From: Candidatus Hodarchaeum mangrovi | Lineage (GTDB): Archaea; Asgardarchaeota; Heimdallarchaeia; Hodarchaeales; Hodarchaeaceae | DNA length: 64,000 nucleotides | NCBI GenBank assembly: GCA_016839515.1 | Contig: JAEOUE010000254.1 | Coordinates: forward strand, 20,932 to 84,931 | Direction of reading: 5' to 3' | Part shown: positions 10,772 to 20,592 of the stretch, piece by piece | Position numbering within the stretch: position 1 is the first letter of the stretch | Layout of the letters: each line of letters begins with the position of its first letter | Notes under the pieces: model-generated | The model's input: the letters and a program-made list of their open reading frames with translations, nothing else | Told to the model about the DNA's origin: nothing | Databases searched by the model: none | Program-made: the position numbers and the translations under genes

Positions 10772-11045
10772 ATTGTCTTTATATTTTGTCAGGAATTCAT
10801 GATCCTGTTACTCTACCTCCAGAAACTCTAGATGAGAGTCAATAATCACCACATTTAATCCAGTGTACTCTTTAATAATGATCTCCTAAGATTGCAAGAT
10901 TTAACGTATTAATGAAATAATTTTACCACATAGAAAATCTAAATAAACATTCACAAACTTTAGGGTTAAATGAGTAATTTAAATTCATTTATTTCAACCA
11001 GAGTCTCAAGTTCGAGATTAAAGATGCAATCTGAAGGGTTTAAAT

Positions 11046-11954
11046 ATGGTAATTATCTATAAAACTTTTGAACCAGATCAAGGGCTCGAAGAAATTCAGG
11101 CTAGATTATACACCAAAGCAACTGGCATTAATGTTACTGGTGAGGAAATAAAAAAGAGAATTATAAAAGAGAGAATTAATCCCAATTTTCTTCGTTATGC
11201 ATTCTCAAAAGAAGGAGAACCTTTGGCGTATATTCAGGCTCGAAAGGAAAGAAGTCATATTTACGCGATTGGTTATCCTTGGGCGACTCCAAATTGTCCT
11301 TCAGATGTACAAGACAAGTTATTTGATGATCTGAGAAATTATCTCCTTGAAAAAAATCCAGATGAACTTAGATATTGGATTCATCACTCCTGGAAACACG
11401 TTGAATCGTTTTTTCTTAAAAAGGGCTTTAGAAAAGCTTTTAGTGGTTTTAGGTATGAGTTTGATGTTACAGAACTCTCTAAGCGGGATGTATCACTTCC
11501 TGGTTTTACCTCACGCCTTGCAACTATTCAAGATCTAGAATTATTGATCAAGCTTGCACGAGAAGATGAGGAATTGGGGAAGGTACCTGAATTAACTGAA
11601 GAAGCTTTAAAATCTTATTTCACTGATAAAGTCCTGAAAGATGGTCATTGTATAGTGATCTCTAATGAAAAAGGAGAAATTATTAATGCAAGTGCCCCAT
11701 TAAGAGATTTCCCTAATCCTGAACCTGATAATAAATATATGATTTTACGATTCACTGCAACGCGTCCTGGTTATCATGAGACATGGAAATTACTATTAGT
11801 TGAAATCGCTAAGGAGTGTATTAAAGCGGGGTGGATTAATCTTCCTTTAGGTGTTAATATTAGTGAAAAAAGTCTTCATGGACCAATTTTTGAAACTTTA
11901 AATCCACGAAAAATTCCTGGATATAATTTGTTTACCTTTACGGTTAAGAAATAA
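11046..11954 (+). CDS. Hypothetical protein, probable tandem GNAT-like fold
   Basis: FFLKKGF and SRLATIQD patterns typical of double-GNAT proteins. Confidence 0.45.
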   Translation: MVIIYKTFEPDQGLEEIQARLYTKATGINVTGEEIKKRIIKERINPNFLRYAFSKEGEPLAYIQARKERSHIYAIGYPWATPNCPSDVQDKLFDDLRNYLLEKNPDELRYWIHHSWKHVESFFLKKGFRKAFSGFRYEFDVTELSKRDVSLPGFTSRLATIQDLELLIKLAREDEELGKVPELTEEALKSYFTDKVLKDGHCIVISNEKGEIINASAPLRDFPNPEPDNKYMILRFTATRPGYHETWKLLLVEIAKECIKAGWINLPLGVNISEKSLHGPIFETLNPRKIPGYNLFTFTVKK

Positions 11955-13062
11955 CCTGATGTCTTTTTTTACACTTTTGAAAAACTAGACAATAATGATG
12001 ATGAACGTTTGAAACATAGGAATAAGGATACCCCCATATACCCATAAATTTCTGATCCTGCAACCAAATAAATTCTTGTTTTAACTTGACATTAGGAAGC
12101 TCACGTAATTTTAGAGCAAATTCCCAAGCCAAAGGACACATTTTTCCATCTACTTGACGAATATTCTGAAGAATAACGACTATATAACCACAATCCTTTA
12201 TTATTTTACAAAAATTGATAAATAGAGAAATTAATTGACCTAAATATTGATTATACTGTGGAATATTCCCTAAGTCACGTGAATCAGTACCATAGGTCTC
12301 ATCATAGCCGTTTTCAACTCGTTGTTTAAGAGTTGATTTTACACCACCCCTCGATTCAGCTAAGATATTCCAATAAGGGGGTGATGTAAGTAATAAATCT
12401 GCTAAGGGAAATTCCTGTTCAAAAAAAATCTTCTTACAGTTATGTGAGTCATCATTTGCTAAATAATAAGTATTGGATCCATTTTCTATGTTTTCAATAC
12501 GCTTTTTAGCATAATTAGCATATTTACTATTTAATTCAATCCCCCAACAGTTTCGATTTAACTCCTTTGCAGCAGCAAGTGTACTTCCTATTCCCATAAA
12601 GGGATCGAATACCCATCCATCTTTTTTAGTAAAAAATTTGATGAAATGTTTTGCTAATTCAGGCGGAAAACTTGCGGGATGATCCTTGATCTCATATGGA
12701 AGATCTGAAGGTTTTCCATCAACAATCATCCAGCTTTTTGTGTGTCTTAACCATTCCTTTCCTGTTAGATCATTTAACTGATTTTTTTCAGAGTATTTTC
12801 CTTTGAATTCAATATTGTATTCCAGATTTCGTGTTATACGACCTAAAGTGCGAAAAATTCGGGCAGTTTCAATGAAATTCCCTTGAAGAAAATATTCTTC
12901 AGCAGTTTTTAGTAATTTTTTAATATCAAACTGAGTCTTTTTAATCAGTTCAGACGAATTAGTCCTATTTGGAGAAATTTTGATTATTTTCTCCAAAACT
13001 GTAGCATTTAATGTCCAAGAACTTTCTTTAGGAGTAGTTCCTTCTTCTTTAGAATTTTTCAT
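11944..13062 (-). CDS. Orphan amino-DNA methyltransferase (N4-C/N6-A family)
   Basis: HPASFP, motif I DPFMGIGST and motif IV TSPPY. No nuclease gene is adjacent. Confidence 0.85.
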   Translation of the reverse strand: MKNSKEEGTTPKESSWTLNATVLEKIIKISPNRTNSSELIKKTQFDIKKLLKTAEEYFLQGNFIETARIFRTLGRITRNLEYNIEFKGKYSEKNQLNDLTGKEWLRHTKSWMIVDGKPSDLPYEIKDHPASFPPELAKHFIKFFTKKDGWVFDPFMGIGSTLAAAKELNRNCWGIELNSKYANYAKKRIENIENGSNTYYLANDDSHNCKKIFFEQEFPLADLLLTSPPYWNILAESRGGVKSTLKQRVENGYDETYGTDSRDLGNIPQYNQYLGQLISLFINFCKIIKDCGYIVVILQNIRQVDGKMCPLAWEFALKLRELPNVKLKQEFIWLQDQKFMGIWGYPYSYVSNVHHHYCLVFQKCKKRHQVIS

Positions 13063-13194
13063 TATGATTTTAATCTTTGCATAATGATTCTTATAACTCT
13101 CATGATCACTATTGAAAAATGAGAAATAATAACTTTACTTAAAAGAATATAGTGTTTTAAGAGGAGAAAGGTTTCCTAAAGTTTTTGGATAGAA

Positions 13195-13680
13195 TTATTT
13201 GTTTTTTATTAACAAATTATTATTCTCTGACAAGATTCCTTTATCAATCAAATGATTAATTGCTTCTTCTAATTTAAGATTGTCTGGAGGAGAATTTCCA
13301 TTAGAAATTGCTTTTATTGTAGCATTCATTACAATTGCTGCTTTATTCTCGAATTTACCTTGAAAAGCACCTAGAACCATCGATTCATATTCATCAAAAT
13401 CACCTATAGGTTTTATTATTTCAACTTCTTTTTCTTCATCATCCGAATCAACATTTATTTTTGTTTTATTCTTTAAGATTAATAAGTCCCCTTTCGATTC
13501 AATTGTGCCTTCTGATATTAACTCGTCAATTACCTCATTAATCTTATCTTTTGAAGGGAGTTTTTCCCCTCTTTGTGCTTTCTCTACCACAAATTGCATA
13601 ATAAATGCTTGACGTTTTTCCATTTTGCTAGGAAAAGTATTTAATAATTGTTCCTTTAATTTTTTAGTCAATTTGCACAC
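13195..13680 (-). CDS. Hypothetical protein with two internal winged-helix-like repeats
   Basis: Two alignable ~60 aa repeats ending IDELISEGTIESKGDLLILKNK and INHLIDKGILSENNNLLIKNK, separated by an acidic linker. Confidence 0.6.
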   Translation of the reverse strand: MCKLTKKLKEQLLNTFPSKMEKRQAFIMQFVVEKAQRGEKLPSKDKINEVIDELISEGTIESKGDLLILKNKTKINVDSDDEEKEVEIIKPIGDFDEYESMVLGAFQGKFENKAAIVMNATIKAISNGNSPPDNLKLEEAINHLIDKGILSENNNLLIKNK

Positions 13681-14241
13681 CTATTCTATATTCAGCTGAC
13701 TTCGTTTCATCCTAGCCTTTAAAATCGTCTGAGACAATATTTCAATTGCTTCATGAACATTAGTTCCCATTCGAGCTGAAGTAGGAAGATATGGAATTTC
13801 AAATGGAATATTCGGATTACTATCAAGAAACTCTTGTAATAATTCTTTATTGTATACTGCTGGTAAATCACATTTATTTCCTAATACGATAAATGGTACT
13901 TCAGGTCCTGCATTGGTATGAAGTTCTTCACGCCATAATTTTAAGTTCTCCATAGATAGGGGTCTGGTAACATCAAAAACCATAATACAGGCTCTTGAAC
14001 CCTTGTAGAAAGGCCCCCGAACTAAATCAAATCGTCGTTGTCCAGCTAAATCCCAGAATTGGTATCGAAAAAGCTGGCCACTTGCACTTGTATATGGATA
14101 TGTAGCAATATTTGCTCCAATGGTCAACAAATAAGTGGAATGAAACTCTCGTCCTAGTAAATATTCAATAATACTGGTCTTTCCTACAGCTCCATCTCCA
14201 ATTATTGTTATCTTGTAGTATTGACCAATATGAGGTTCCAT
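13681..14241 (-). CDS. Rab-like small GTPase
   Basis: G1 GDGAVGKTS, G2 TIG, G3 WDLAGQ, G4 NKCD, G5 TSA. No C-terminal prenylation Cys. Confidence 0.93.
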   Translation of the reverse strand: MEPHIGQYYKITIIGDGAVGKTSIIEYLLGREFHSTYLLTIGANIATYPYTSASGQLFRYQFWDLAGQRRFDLVRGPFYKGSRACIMVFDVTRPLSMENLKLWREELHTNAGPEVPFIVLGNKCDLPAVYNKELLQEFLDSNPNIPFEIPYLPTSARMGTNVHEAIEILSQTILKARMKRSQLNIE

Positions 14242-14493
14242 TGTTATGCTTCACAACAACCTATTAGTTCCAATTATTTGAGAGCTCTAGAAGAAAACCA
14301 ATCCTCATTTCTTATATTCATTTGCAATTAAATTTCAAAACTAAATCTATTTCAAATAACCCAAAGCGGTAATTTCCTAGATTTTCTCTTCTTTTGTGAA
14401 AAAAACGTTTTAACGCTATTCAATCCTCTACAAGGAATTGTGAATGCTTCAAATTAATGATTACGGAATAGAATATATTCATTTAACACTAAT

Positions 14494-14730
14494 TTATCCT
14501 TCTTCATAATCTGGGGTTTCAAGCTTATAAAAAACACCTGTTCCTTTCAATGTTTCGTGAATTTTAATTGATAATTCCAAGATATCATGAACAGTAATAT
14601 CTCTTCCCCAATCATATTCTAAATCATATTTACCTGTTATAGGTTTGAATCCTAGTCCAGTTAATCGTTGCATTACTAATAAAGGATTTTCTCCACTTGA
14701 TGAATGAAAAAGGATTAGAAAAGTTTTCAT
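14494..14730 (-). CDS. Small hypothetical protein
   Basis: Clean 78 aa ORF with ATG and normal globular composition. Confidence 0.7.
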   Translation of the reverse strand: MKTFLILFHSSSGENPLLVMQRLTGLGFKPITGKYDLEYDWGRDITVHDILELSIKIHETLKGTGVFYKLETPDYEEG

Positions 14731-14807
14731 AATTATCTATTTCTGAGTGATGATCTTAAAAAATATTCTATTTTAATTTAGATAAAAAATCAAATTTCTA
14801 TAAAATG

Positions 14808-15293
14808 CTAGGGTGTTGAAAATTCACATGAATAAAAGCTAAAAGGTCTTGGATAAGGAAAAACAGGACGAATAAGTATCTTAAATGATCTAGGAGTGTC
14901 TTTTAATATGAAATCAACTTTTGATTTTTCTCTACCTTTTAATTCAATCGTTTGCAAGTATTTTTCATCATGAAATACTTGAATTGAATTCTGAGTTTCT
15001 TCTGCTTTTATAGATAGACTGATTTTAAGTAATTCATACTGTAAATTGCCAGAAACTTTGATTTCAATGTATGAATAGTTCCAATAATCCTTCTCAAGAA
15101 GGTTTGAATTTTCATAATTTAATCTACCCATAAGGACTACTTTATTCTCATTCCATTGATCAGTTATTGAATACTCCTGACCATAGGAATACCCTCCATA
15201 TGTAATTAACATTGCTGTAAACATATTTCCCATTATACAAGGAAATTGGGGAGAAATTGTTAATCTTGGTTCATCATTTAGCATAACAATCAA
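14808..15293 (-). CDS. Hypothetical, probably secreted beta-rich protein; true start may lie upstream
   Basis: The frame stays open upstream to ~15355, encoding a signal-peptide-like LRKKKINLTLSFLFLIVML. Confidence 0.6.
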   Translation of the reverse strand: MIVMLNDEPRLTISPQFPCIMGNMFTAMLITYGGYSYGQEYSITDQWNENKVVLMGRLNYENSNLLEKDYWNYSYIEIKVSGNLQYELLKISLSIKAEETQNSIQVFHDEKYLQTIELKGREKSKVDFILKDTPRSFKILIRPVFPYPRPFSFYSCEFSTP

Positions 15294-15404
15294 AAAAAGG
15301 AAAGATAAAGTTAAATTTATTTTCTTTTTTCGTAAGTAATCCCTTTTGTAAACAACTTATTTTAGTCAGATTGATAAATAATAATTAAATCTGGTGGACA
15401 AGAG

Positions 15405-17213
15405 CTGATAGAGAGTCATCATATAGATAAAACGTTTCTTCATCCACGTTATTACCGGAATTTTCTGACATGGATACTTGGACATTTATTATCTCATAAA
15501 CAGTTATTTATTTTAGGATATTTTCTGCTTTTTATAGGAACAAGCTTAGGGATCATCATTCCATTAATACTACGCTATTATTTTGATGAAGCAATCTATT
15601 CAGGAAGAATAAATGTTATTTTACTTGTTTGTTTTGTCTTTCTTGGCATTTATCTTTTCAATTTCGTATCTCAAGCCTTTGGTGCTTACATCAATGCACG
15701 TTTCAGTGAAAAGGTAGTGAGGGACGTTCAGGTTGAATTTTTTCAGTCAATTCATTCGAAATCCATGGCTTTTCATGACTCTGCTCGGATTGGAGAACTC
15801 CTTGCTATGGCAACATCAGACTCACGTCAATTATCTTGGATGTTGATTAGTATTCTAATGTTTGCTTTGGCGATCTTTACAACCTTCGCTAGTCTATTAG
15901 CAATGTTCACATTAAATATTCAGCTTTTTTTCATCTTTCTAGGCTTTATTCCATTTATTCTCTTTAGTATGTTCACTTATGGCAAATCATTAGGCCCTGT
16001 GTCAATTAAAAGGCAAGAACTATTTGCAAAATGGCAAGCAACACTCCAAGAAAATCTAGCAGGTATTAGGGTTTTACGTACCTTATCAAATCGAAATCAA
16101 GAATTCAAAAAATATGATGAGGATTTAAAAGCTGTACGAGAAGTTTTAACTGAACGAGGGATAAAATCAGCTCGTTATTATCCAATTTTGATTTTATATA
16201 TCGCTTTAGGGATCGACTTTATTATCGGGGGTTATTTAGTCTTTTTAGGAGAAATTACACCAGGAACTTTAATTGCATTCAATAGTTTGATCCTTCTCCT
16301 TCAAGGTCCTAGTGAATTTATCCGATTTACTGTATTTCTAGGGTCAATGGGATTTGCAGGTGGAAACCGTGTATTTTCAGTTATTTCTAAACAGCAACAA
16401 TTAGTTGATGGTAAAATAGACTTGGAAAAAGTTCATGGTGATATTGAATTCAAAAATGTTACTTTTCGGTATAATCCAGAAGGCCCTGATGTTTTAAAAA
16501 ACATCAATTTAAAAATTCAATCTGGTCAGATGGTAGCTATCATTGGACATACTGGGTGTGGAAAAACTACCCTCTCAAAACTTGTTCAAAGGCTTTATGA
16601 CCCTGTTGAAGGAGATATCTTGGTTGATGGTAAAAATATTAAGAATTTTCCTATTGATCAATATCGAAGACAAATTGGTGTCATTGAGCAGGATATTTTT
16701 CTTTTTTCAGCTTCAATTCGAGAAAATATCCTTTATGGATGTGGAAAACTCCATCCTGAATTAGAGAAGAGAATGATTGAAGTAGCTAAATTAGCACAGA
16801 TTCATGACTTTATTTCTACCTTACCAAATCAATATAATACTGTTATAGGAGAGCGAGGGGTCACATTATCGGGAGGACAAAGACAAAGATTAGCTCTTGC
16901 TCGAGCTTTTATGATAGATCCTCCTATTTTAATTTTAGATGATTCAACTAGCGCAGTTGATTCAAAAACGGAAGTTAAAATTCAAAACGCAATAAATAAT
17001 CTTTTATATGCTCGGACAACCTTGATTGTAACCCATAGACTCTCTACAATAAGAAAAGCTGATTTAGTAGTTTTAATGAAAGGAGGAGAAATTGAAGATA
17101 TAGGTACTCATGACGAATTATACCTACGGAATGAAGAATATGCAAGTATTTTCAAGCAGTTTGAAGATCTTCCAGCTATTCCAACAGAACTATTAGTAGA
17201 GGAGGAGATTTAA
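15405..17213 (+). CDS. ABC exporter, fused permease/ATPase (heterodimer subunit 1); proposed CTG start
   Basis: GHTGCGKT, LSGGQ and a degenerate Walker B (ILDDSTS). The frame is open for 104 codons upstream of the track's GTG at 15717 and encodes TM1-TM2. Confidence 0.88.
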   Translation: MIESHHIDKTFLHPRYYRNFLTWILGHLLSHKQLFILGYFLLFIGTSLGIIIPLILRYYFDEAIYSGRINVILLVCFVFLGIYLFNFVSQAFGAYINARFSEKVVRDVQVEFFQSIHSKSMAFHDSARIGELLAMATSDSRQLSWMLISILMFALAIFTTFASLLAMFTLNIQLFFIFLGFIPFILFSMFTYGKSLGPVSIKRQELFAKWQATLQENLAGIRVLRTLSNRNQEFKKYDEDLKAVREVLTERGIKSARYYPILILYIALGIDFIIGGYLVFLGEITPGTLIAFNSLILLLQGPSEFIRFTVFLGSMGFAGGNRVFSVISKQQQLVDGKIDLEKVHGDIEFKNVTFRYNPEGPDVLKNINLKIQSGQMVAIIGHTGCGKTTLSKLVQRLYDPVEGDILVDGKNIKNFPIDQYRRQIGVIEQDIFLFSASIRENILYGCGKLHPELEKRMIEVAKLAQIHDFISTLPNQYNTVIGERGVTLSGGQRQRLALARAFMIDPPILILDDSTSAVDSKTEVKIQNAINNLLYARTTLIVTHRLSTIRKADLVVLMKGGEIEDIGTHDELYLRNEEYASIFKQFEDLPAIPTELLVEEEI

Positions 17214-19064
17214 TTGGCTTGGCACATAATGGGAGCATTACGCTCAGAGAAATATGACAAAAAATATTCAGAAAAGGAAATATCAAAACGGCTAGCTCCA
17301 TACATGCTAAAATATAAGAAATTATTGGCATTAATTACTATTTTTTCCCTTTTAGGAGCTCTAACATCTATTATAGCTCCTCTAGTTATGGGAATAGGAT
17401 TTGATGAACTATTCAAAGGAGTGGAGAGTCAGTCTCTTGATTTAATCATTCTTATTTCCATTACATACTTCTTACTCCTTACTTTCGAATGGATTTTCAA
17501 TTACTTCTCTCAAATAAATAGTTCAATTCTTCAGGCAAATGTTACATATGATCTTCGTCGCAAATTATTTGAACGTATTAATCAACATGAATTAGCTTTT
17601 TTTGATGCAAATAAAACAGGAAAAATAATGTCTCGAGTCAGTGGAGATACATTTCAGCTCGGGGGAGTCTTAACTTCTATTATGGATCTTGGCTCAGTCA
17701 TTCTACGAGCAGGGTTAATTCTCACAACAATGTTTTTTCTAGATTGGCAATTAACACTATTTTCGTTATTGATCTTTCCTTTTCTTTTTCTGATTGTTTT
17801 TGTATTTCGTAGAGTATTCAGACAATATTCTTTACTCCAGATGCGAGCTGAAGCGACATTAAATGCCTTTGTTGAGGAACAGATAAGTGGAATTCAGATT
17901 ACTAAATCCTTTGGTCAAGAACAAAACGTTTTACAAAGTTTTGAAGAACTTCAGAACACCAAAGTTAAGGTAAATATTAAACAAGCGACTCTTTTCAGAG
18001 CTGTTGGACCTTTATTTGATTTAATTGCTGCAATAGGATTAACACTTATATTATTTGGAGGAGGTATTACAATAACCCAAACTCCTTCTTTGTTAACTCC
18101 AGGTCTTCTTTATTTATTTATCACATATCTTCGACAACTTTTTCAACCTTTGATTGCACTATCTACTTTTTATGCTTCTTTACAAGGAGGATTTGCTTCT
18201 GGAGAAAGGATCTTTTCATTAATGGATGTACCAGTTGAATTAAATGAAGGTCATCTAATATGTCCTCCTTTAAACGGTGAAATAGAGTTTAAAGACATTA
18301 ATTTTGGATATAATTTAACCACTTCAGTTCTAAAAGACTTTAATCTTCACATACCATCAGGTCAAACATTAGCGATTGTAGGCGAAACAGGAGCTGGGAA
18401 AAGTACTATAACATCTTTGTTAGCCCGGTTTTATGAATACAATTCTGGGGAAATTATTTTAAATGGAAATCTTTGTCTTAAAGATTTAGATGCAGATTCA
18501 TTAAGAAATCAATTAGGCTATGTACTTCAAGAACCATTCCTGTTTTCTGGAACCATTAGAGATAATTTACTCCTTGGATCTCCATCAGCTACTGAAAATG
18601 ATCTACAATGGGCCATTAAAACCGTCAATGCTGACTCTTTCATCAGTATGCTCCCCAAAGGATTAGATACACCGATAAAAGAACGAGGACGAGGACTATC
18701 TCAAGGACAAAAGCAGTTACTCTCTTTAGCACGAATATTACTCAAAGATCCTAAGATATTATTGTTAGATGAAGCAACAGCGTCAGTAGATGCATATACT
18801 GAACATATGATTCAAAAAGCATTGGAGATTGTATTCAAAGATAGAACAACAATTGTGATTGCGCATCGATTATCAACTATCTTAAAAGCAGATCGAATTA
18901 TAGTCCTAGATAAGGGCCAGATTATTGATTCTGGTACTCACCAAGAGCTAATCAATAAGCCAGGAGCATACCGAGATCTATATTATACCTATTATGCTCA
19001 CCAAGGTGCTCTTGAGGAATTAAAATTAAAACAGAAAGAAATACACATACTAGTGGAGGATTAA
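17214..19064 (+). CDS. ABC exporter, fused permease/ATPase (heterodimer subunit 2)
   Basis: GETGAGKS, degenerate signature LSQGQ, LLDEAT, IAHR. This is the TM287/288-type asymmetry. Confidence 0.92.
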   Translation: MAWHIMGALRSEKYDKKYSEKEISKRLAPYMLKYKKLLALITIFSLLGALTSIIAPLVMGIGFDELFKGVESQSLDLIILISITYFLLLTFEWIFNYFSQINSSILQANVTYDLRRKLFERINQHELAFFDANKTGKIMSRVSGDTFQLGGVLTSIMDLGSVILRAGLILTTMFFLDWQLTLFSLLIFPFLFLIVFVFRRVFRQYSLLQMRAEATLNAFVEEQISGIQITKSFGQEQNVLQSFEELQNTKVKVNIKQATLFRAVGPLFDLIAAIGLTLILFGGGITITQTPSLLTPGLLYLFITYLRQLFQPLIALSTFYASLQGGFASGERIFSLMDVPVELNEGHLICPPLNGEIEFKDINFGYNLTTSVLKDFNLHIPSGQTLAIVGETGAGKSTITSLLARFYEYNSGEIILNGNLCLKDLDADSLRNQLGYVLQEPFLFSGTIRDNLLLGSPSATENDLQWAIKTVNADSFISMLPKGLDTPIKERGRGLSQGQKQLLSLARILLKDPKILLLDEATASVDAYTEHMIQKALEIVFKDRTTIVIAHRLSTILKADRIIVLDKGQIIDSGTHQELINKPGAYRDLYYTYYAHQGALEELKLKQKEIHILVED

Positions 19065-19067
19065 TTT

Positions 19068-19253
19068 ATGACTCAGATGTTAAAATGTAAAGAATGTGAT
19101 GAAACACAACCTATTCCATTACATTGTGGGAAAGCAATGCATATTGAGAAATATGAAGGAAAAGAAATGCTAATTTGTTGGATGGGGGCTAATTGTGGAA
19201 TCAAGGAATTACCAATTCATCACGGTAAGCCAATGATGATAGTAGATATATGA
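19068..19253 (+). CDS. Small Cys/His metal-binding protein with a duplicated motif
   Basis: CKEC...PLHCGKAM and CWMGANC...PIHHGKPM; starts 4 nt after the ABC gene. Confidence 0.75.
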   Translation: MTQMLKCKECDETQPIPLHCGKAMHIEKYEGKEMLICWMGANCGIKELPIHHGKPMMIVDI

Positions 19254-19275
19254 AAACATATTCATTATATTATTT

Positions 19276-19944
19276 CTAATCCTTGAATTGTTTAGAGATG
19301 TCTTTATAAACTTTTTCAAGTTTTTTATCTGTTTCTACAACAATTTTCAGGTATTTTTCTATCTTTTTTATTTTCTTATCAACTTCGCTGAATTTTTTTT
19401 CAACGTTCTTCTGATGAGAATTAATTTTTTTGAGATGATCCTCTATTGATTTGAATTGCTTTTCAATGTCACCGATAGGAACAGTAATTCCTGATTCATC
19501 TTTGATAGTCATAACAGAAAGCTTAGGAGGAGTTGGAGGAGGCATTTGCTCTATCTCTTGTTCCATGCTCAAAGGAGGAAATTGTTTTGGCATTACTTGG
19601 GATTGGGGTTTAGAAATTATTGGCTGTGAAGCACTAGGTGGAGGAGATGAATAAGATGGTTTTACTGGAGGAGGTTTACTAGGTGGAGGAGGAGTATAAG
19701 GTATTGGTGATTGAGGAGGAGGTTTTGGAATTTCTAGAGGTTCAGAAGAACGAAGAAGAGGACTGGGCGAAGTTTCATGACCTTTTATTGGTGGTGGAGG
19801 TTCTTTAAAAGATTCCTGAAGATCTAAAGGAATAATCGGCTTTATCTCATTAGCTTCACGATCTGTTAAAGCTTGCTGAGCCCCGCAATGAGGACAGGGA
19901 AAGTCCATTACATAATTCCGACATTTTTTACAGACTGGACTCAT
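19276..19944 (-). CDS. Zn-ribbon / proline-rich / coiled-coil protein
   Basis: N-terminal CKKC...CPHC, a central polyproline region and a C-terminal heptad-rich segment. Likely start MSPVCKKC. Confidence 0.75.
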   Translation of the reverse strand: MSPVCKKCRNYVMDFPCPHCGAQQALTDREANEIKPIIPLDLQESFKEPPPPIKGHETSPSPLLRSSEPLEIPKPPPQSPIPYTPPPPSKPPPVKPSYSSPPPSASQPIISKPQSQVMPKQFPPLSMEQEIEQMPPPTPPKLSVMTIKDESGITVPIGDIEKQFKSIEDHLKKINSHQKNVEKKFSEVDKKIKKIEKYLKIVVETDKKLEKVYKDISKQFKD

Positions 19945-20089
19945 GGTTATTACATAATTCACCTTATTAATAAACAATTTTTTTCTGGATTTTATTATTT
20001 ATTTTTATATTCAATATTTTTAGCAAAGCTTGAACACAATTTTTCCGACAATATCCTATTTACTGGATAAAACGAAAATAAAATACTTA

Positions 20090-20390
20090 TTAATATAGTA
20101 AAAAATGAGTAGGGGAACTATTAATATATACAAAAACTATCTGATACCTCTTCACTCCATTGAAACTGAAAATGCTTTCGAAGGTAGCTACATATTCTAT
20201 GTCAAGAATCTTTTCACTATATCTTCTTTGATTCCACGTTCCAAGGCATTCTTAGTTTTTTCTCCAAATATTACTCCTCCTCCTAAGGGTTTGTACAATC
20301 TCATTTTCTTTTCAGGATCGTAACCTTCAGAAACAAGGATTGAGTTATATTTTTCATCATAAATAGATGTATATAAATGACTCTAATTGA
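20090..20390 (-). pseudogene. NUDIX hydrolase pseudogene
   Basis: The minus strand reads ILVSEGYDPEKKMRLYKPLGGGVIFGEKTKNALERGIKEDI (degenerate Nudix box). After a 1-nt frameshift near 20216 it continues EKILDIEYVATFESIFSFNG, and a further shift lies near the 5' end. Confidence 0.75.
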
Positions 20391-20592
20391 GTTATTTTTT
20401 TAAAATTCTCTCCAGGAAGAAAGAAGAAAATAATCAATGAATTTCTTTTGACACTGGTAATCTTAAAAGAATATCTAATGACGAACTTGGCCCTTTCCTT
20501 TCTGCTTCAACTTTATTTTGTAAAACCTATTATAAATCGAACTGTGTAAGAAGAAGAACTTAATAATAGGTTAAGATACTAATTTAAACAAC

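Noticed and set aside
10785-10900. Fragment GIHDPVTLPPETL, faintly like an alpha/beta-hydrolase C-terminus
   Set aside because: Too short to distinguish from chance.
19500-19810. GGA/GGT-rich repetitive DNA
   Set aside because: Reverse complement of proline codons, not a tandem repeat or CRISPR array.
20105-20323. 72 aa plus-strand ORF
   Set aside because: Antisense to the NUDIX pseudogene and has no motif.
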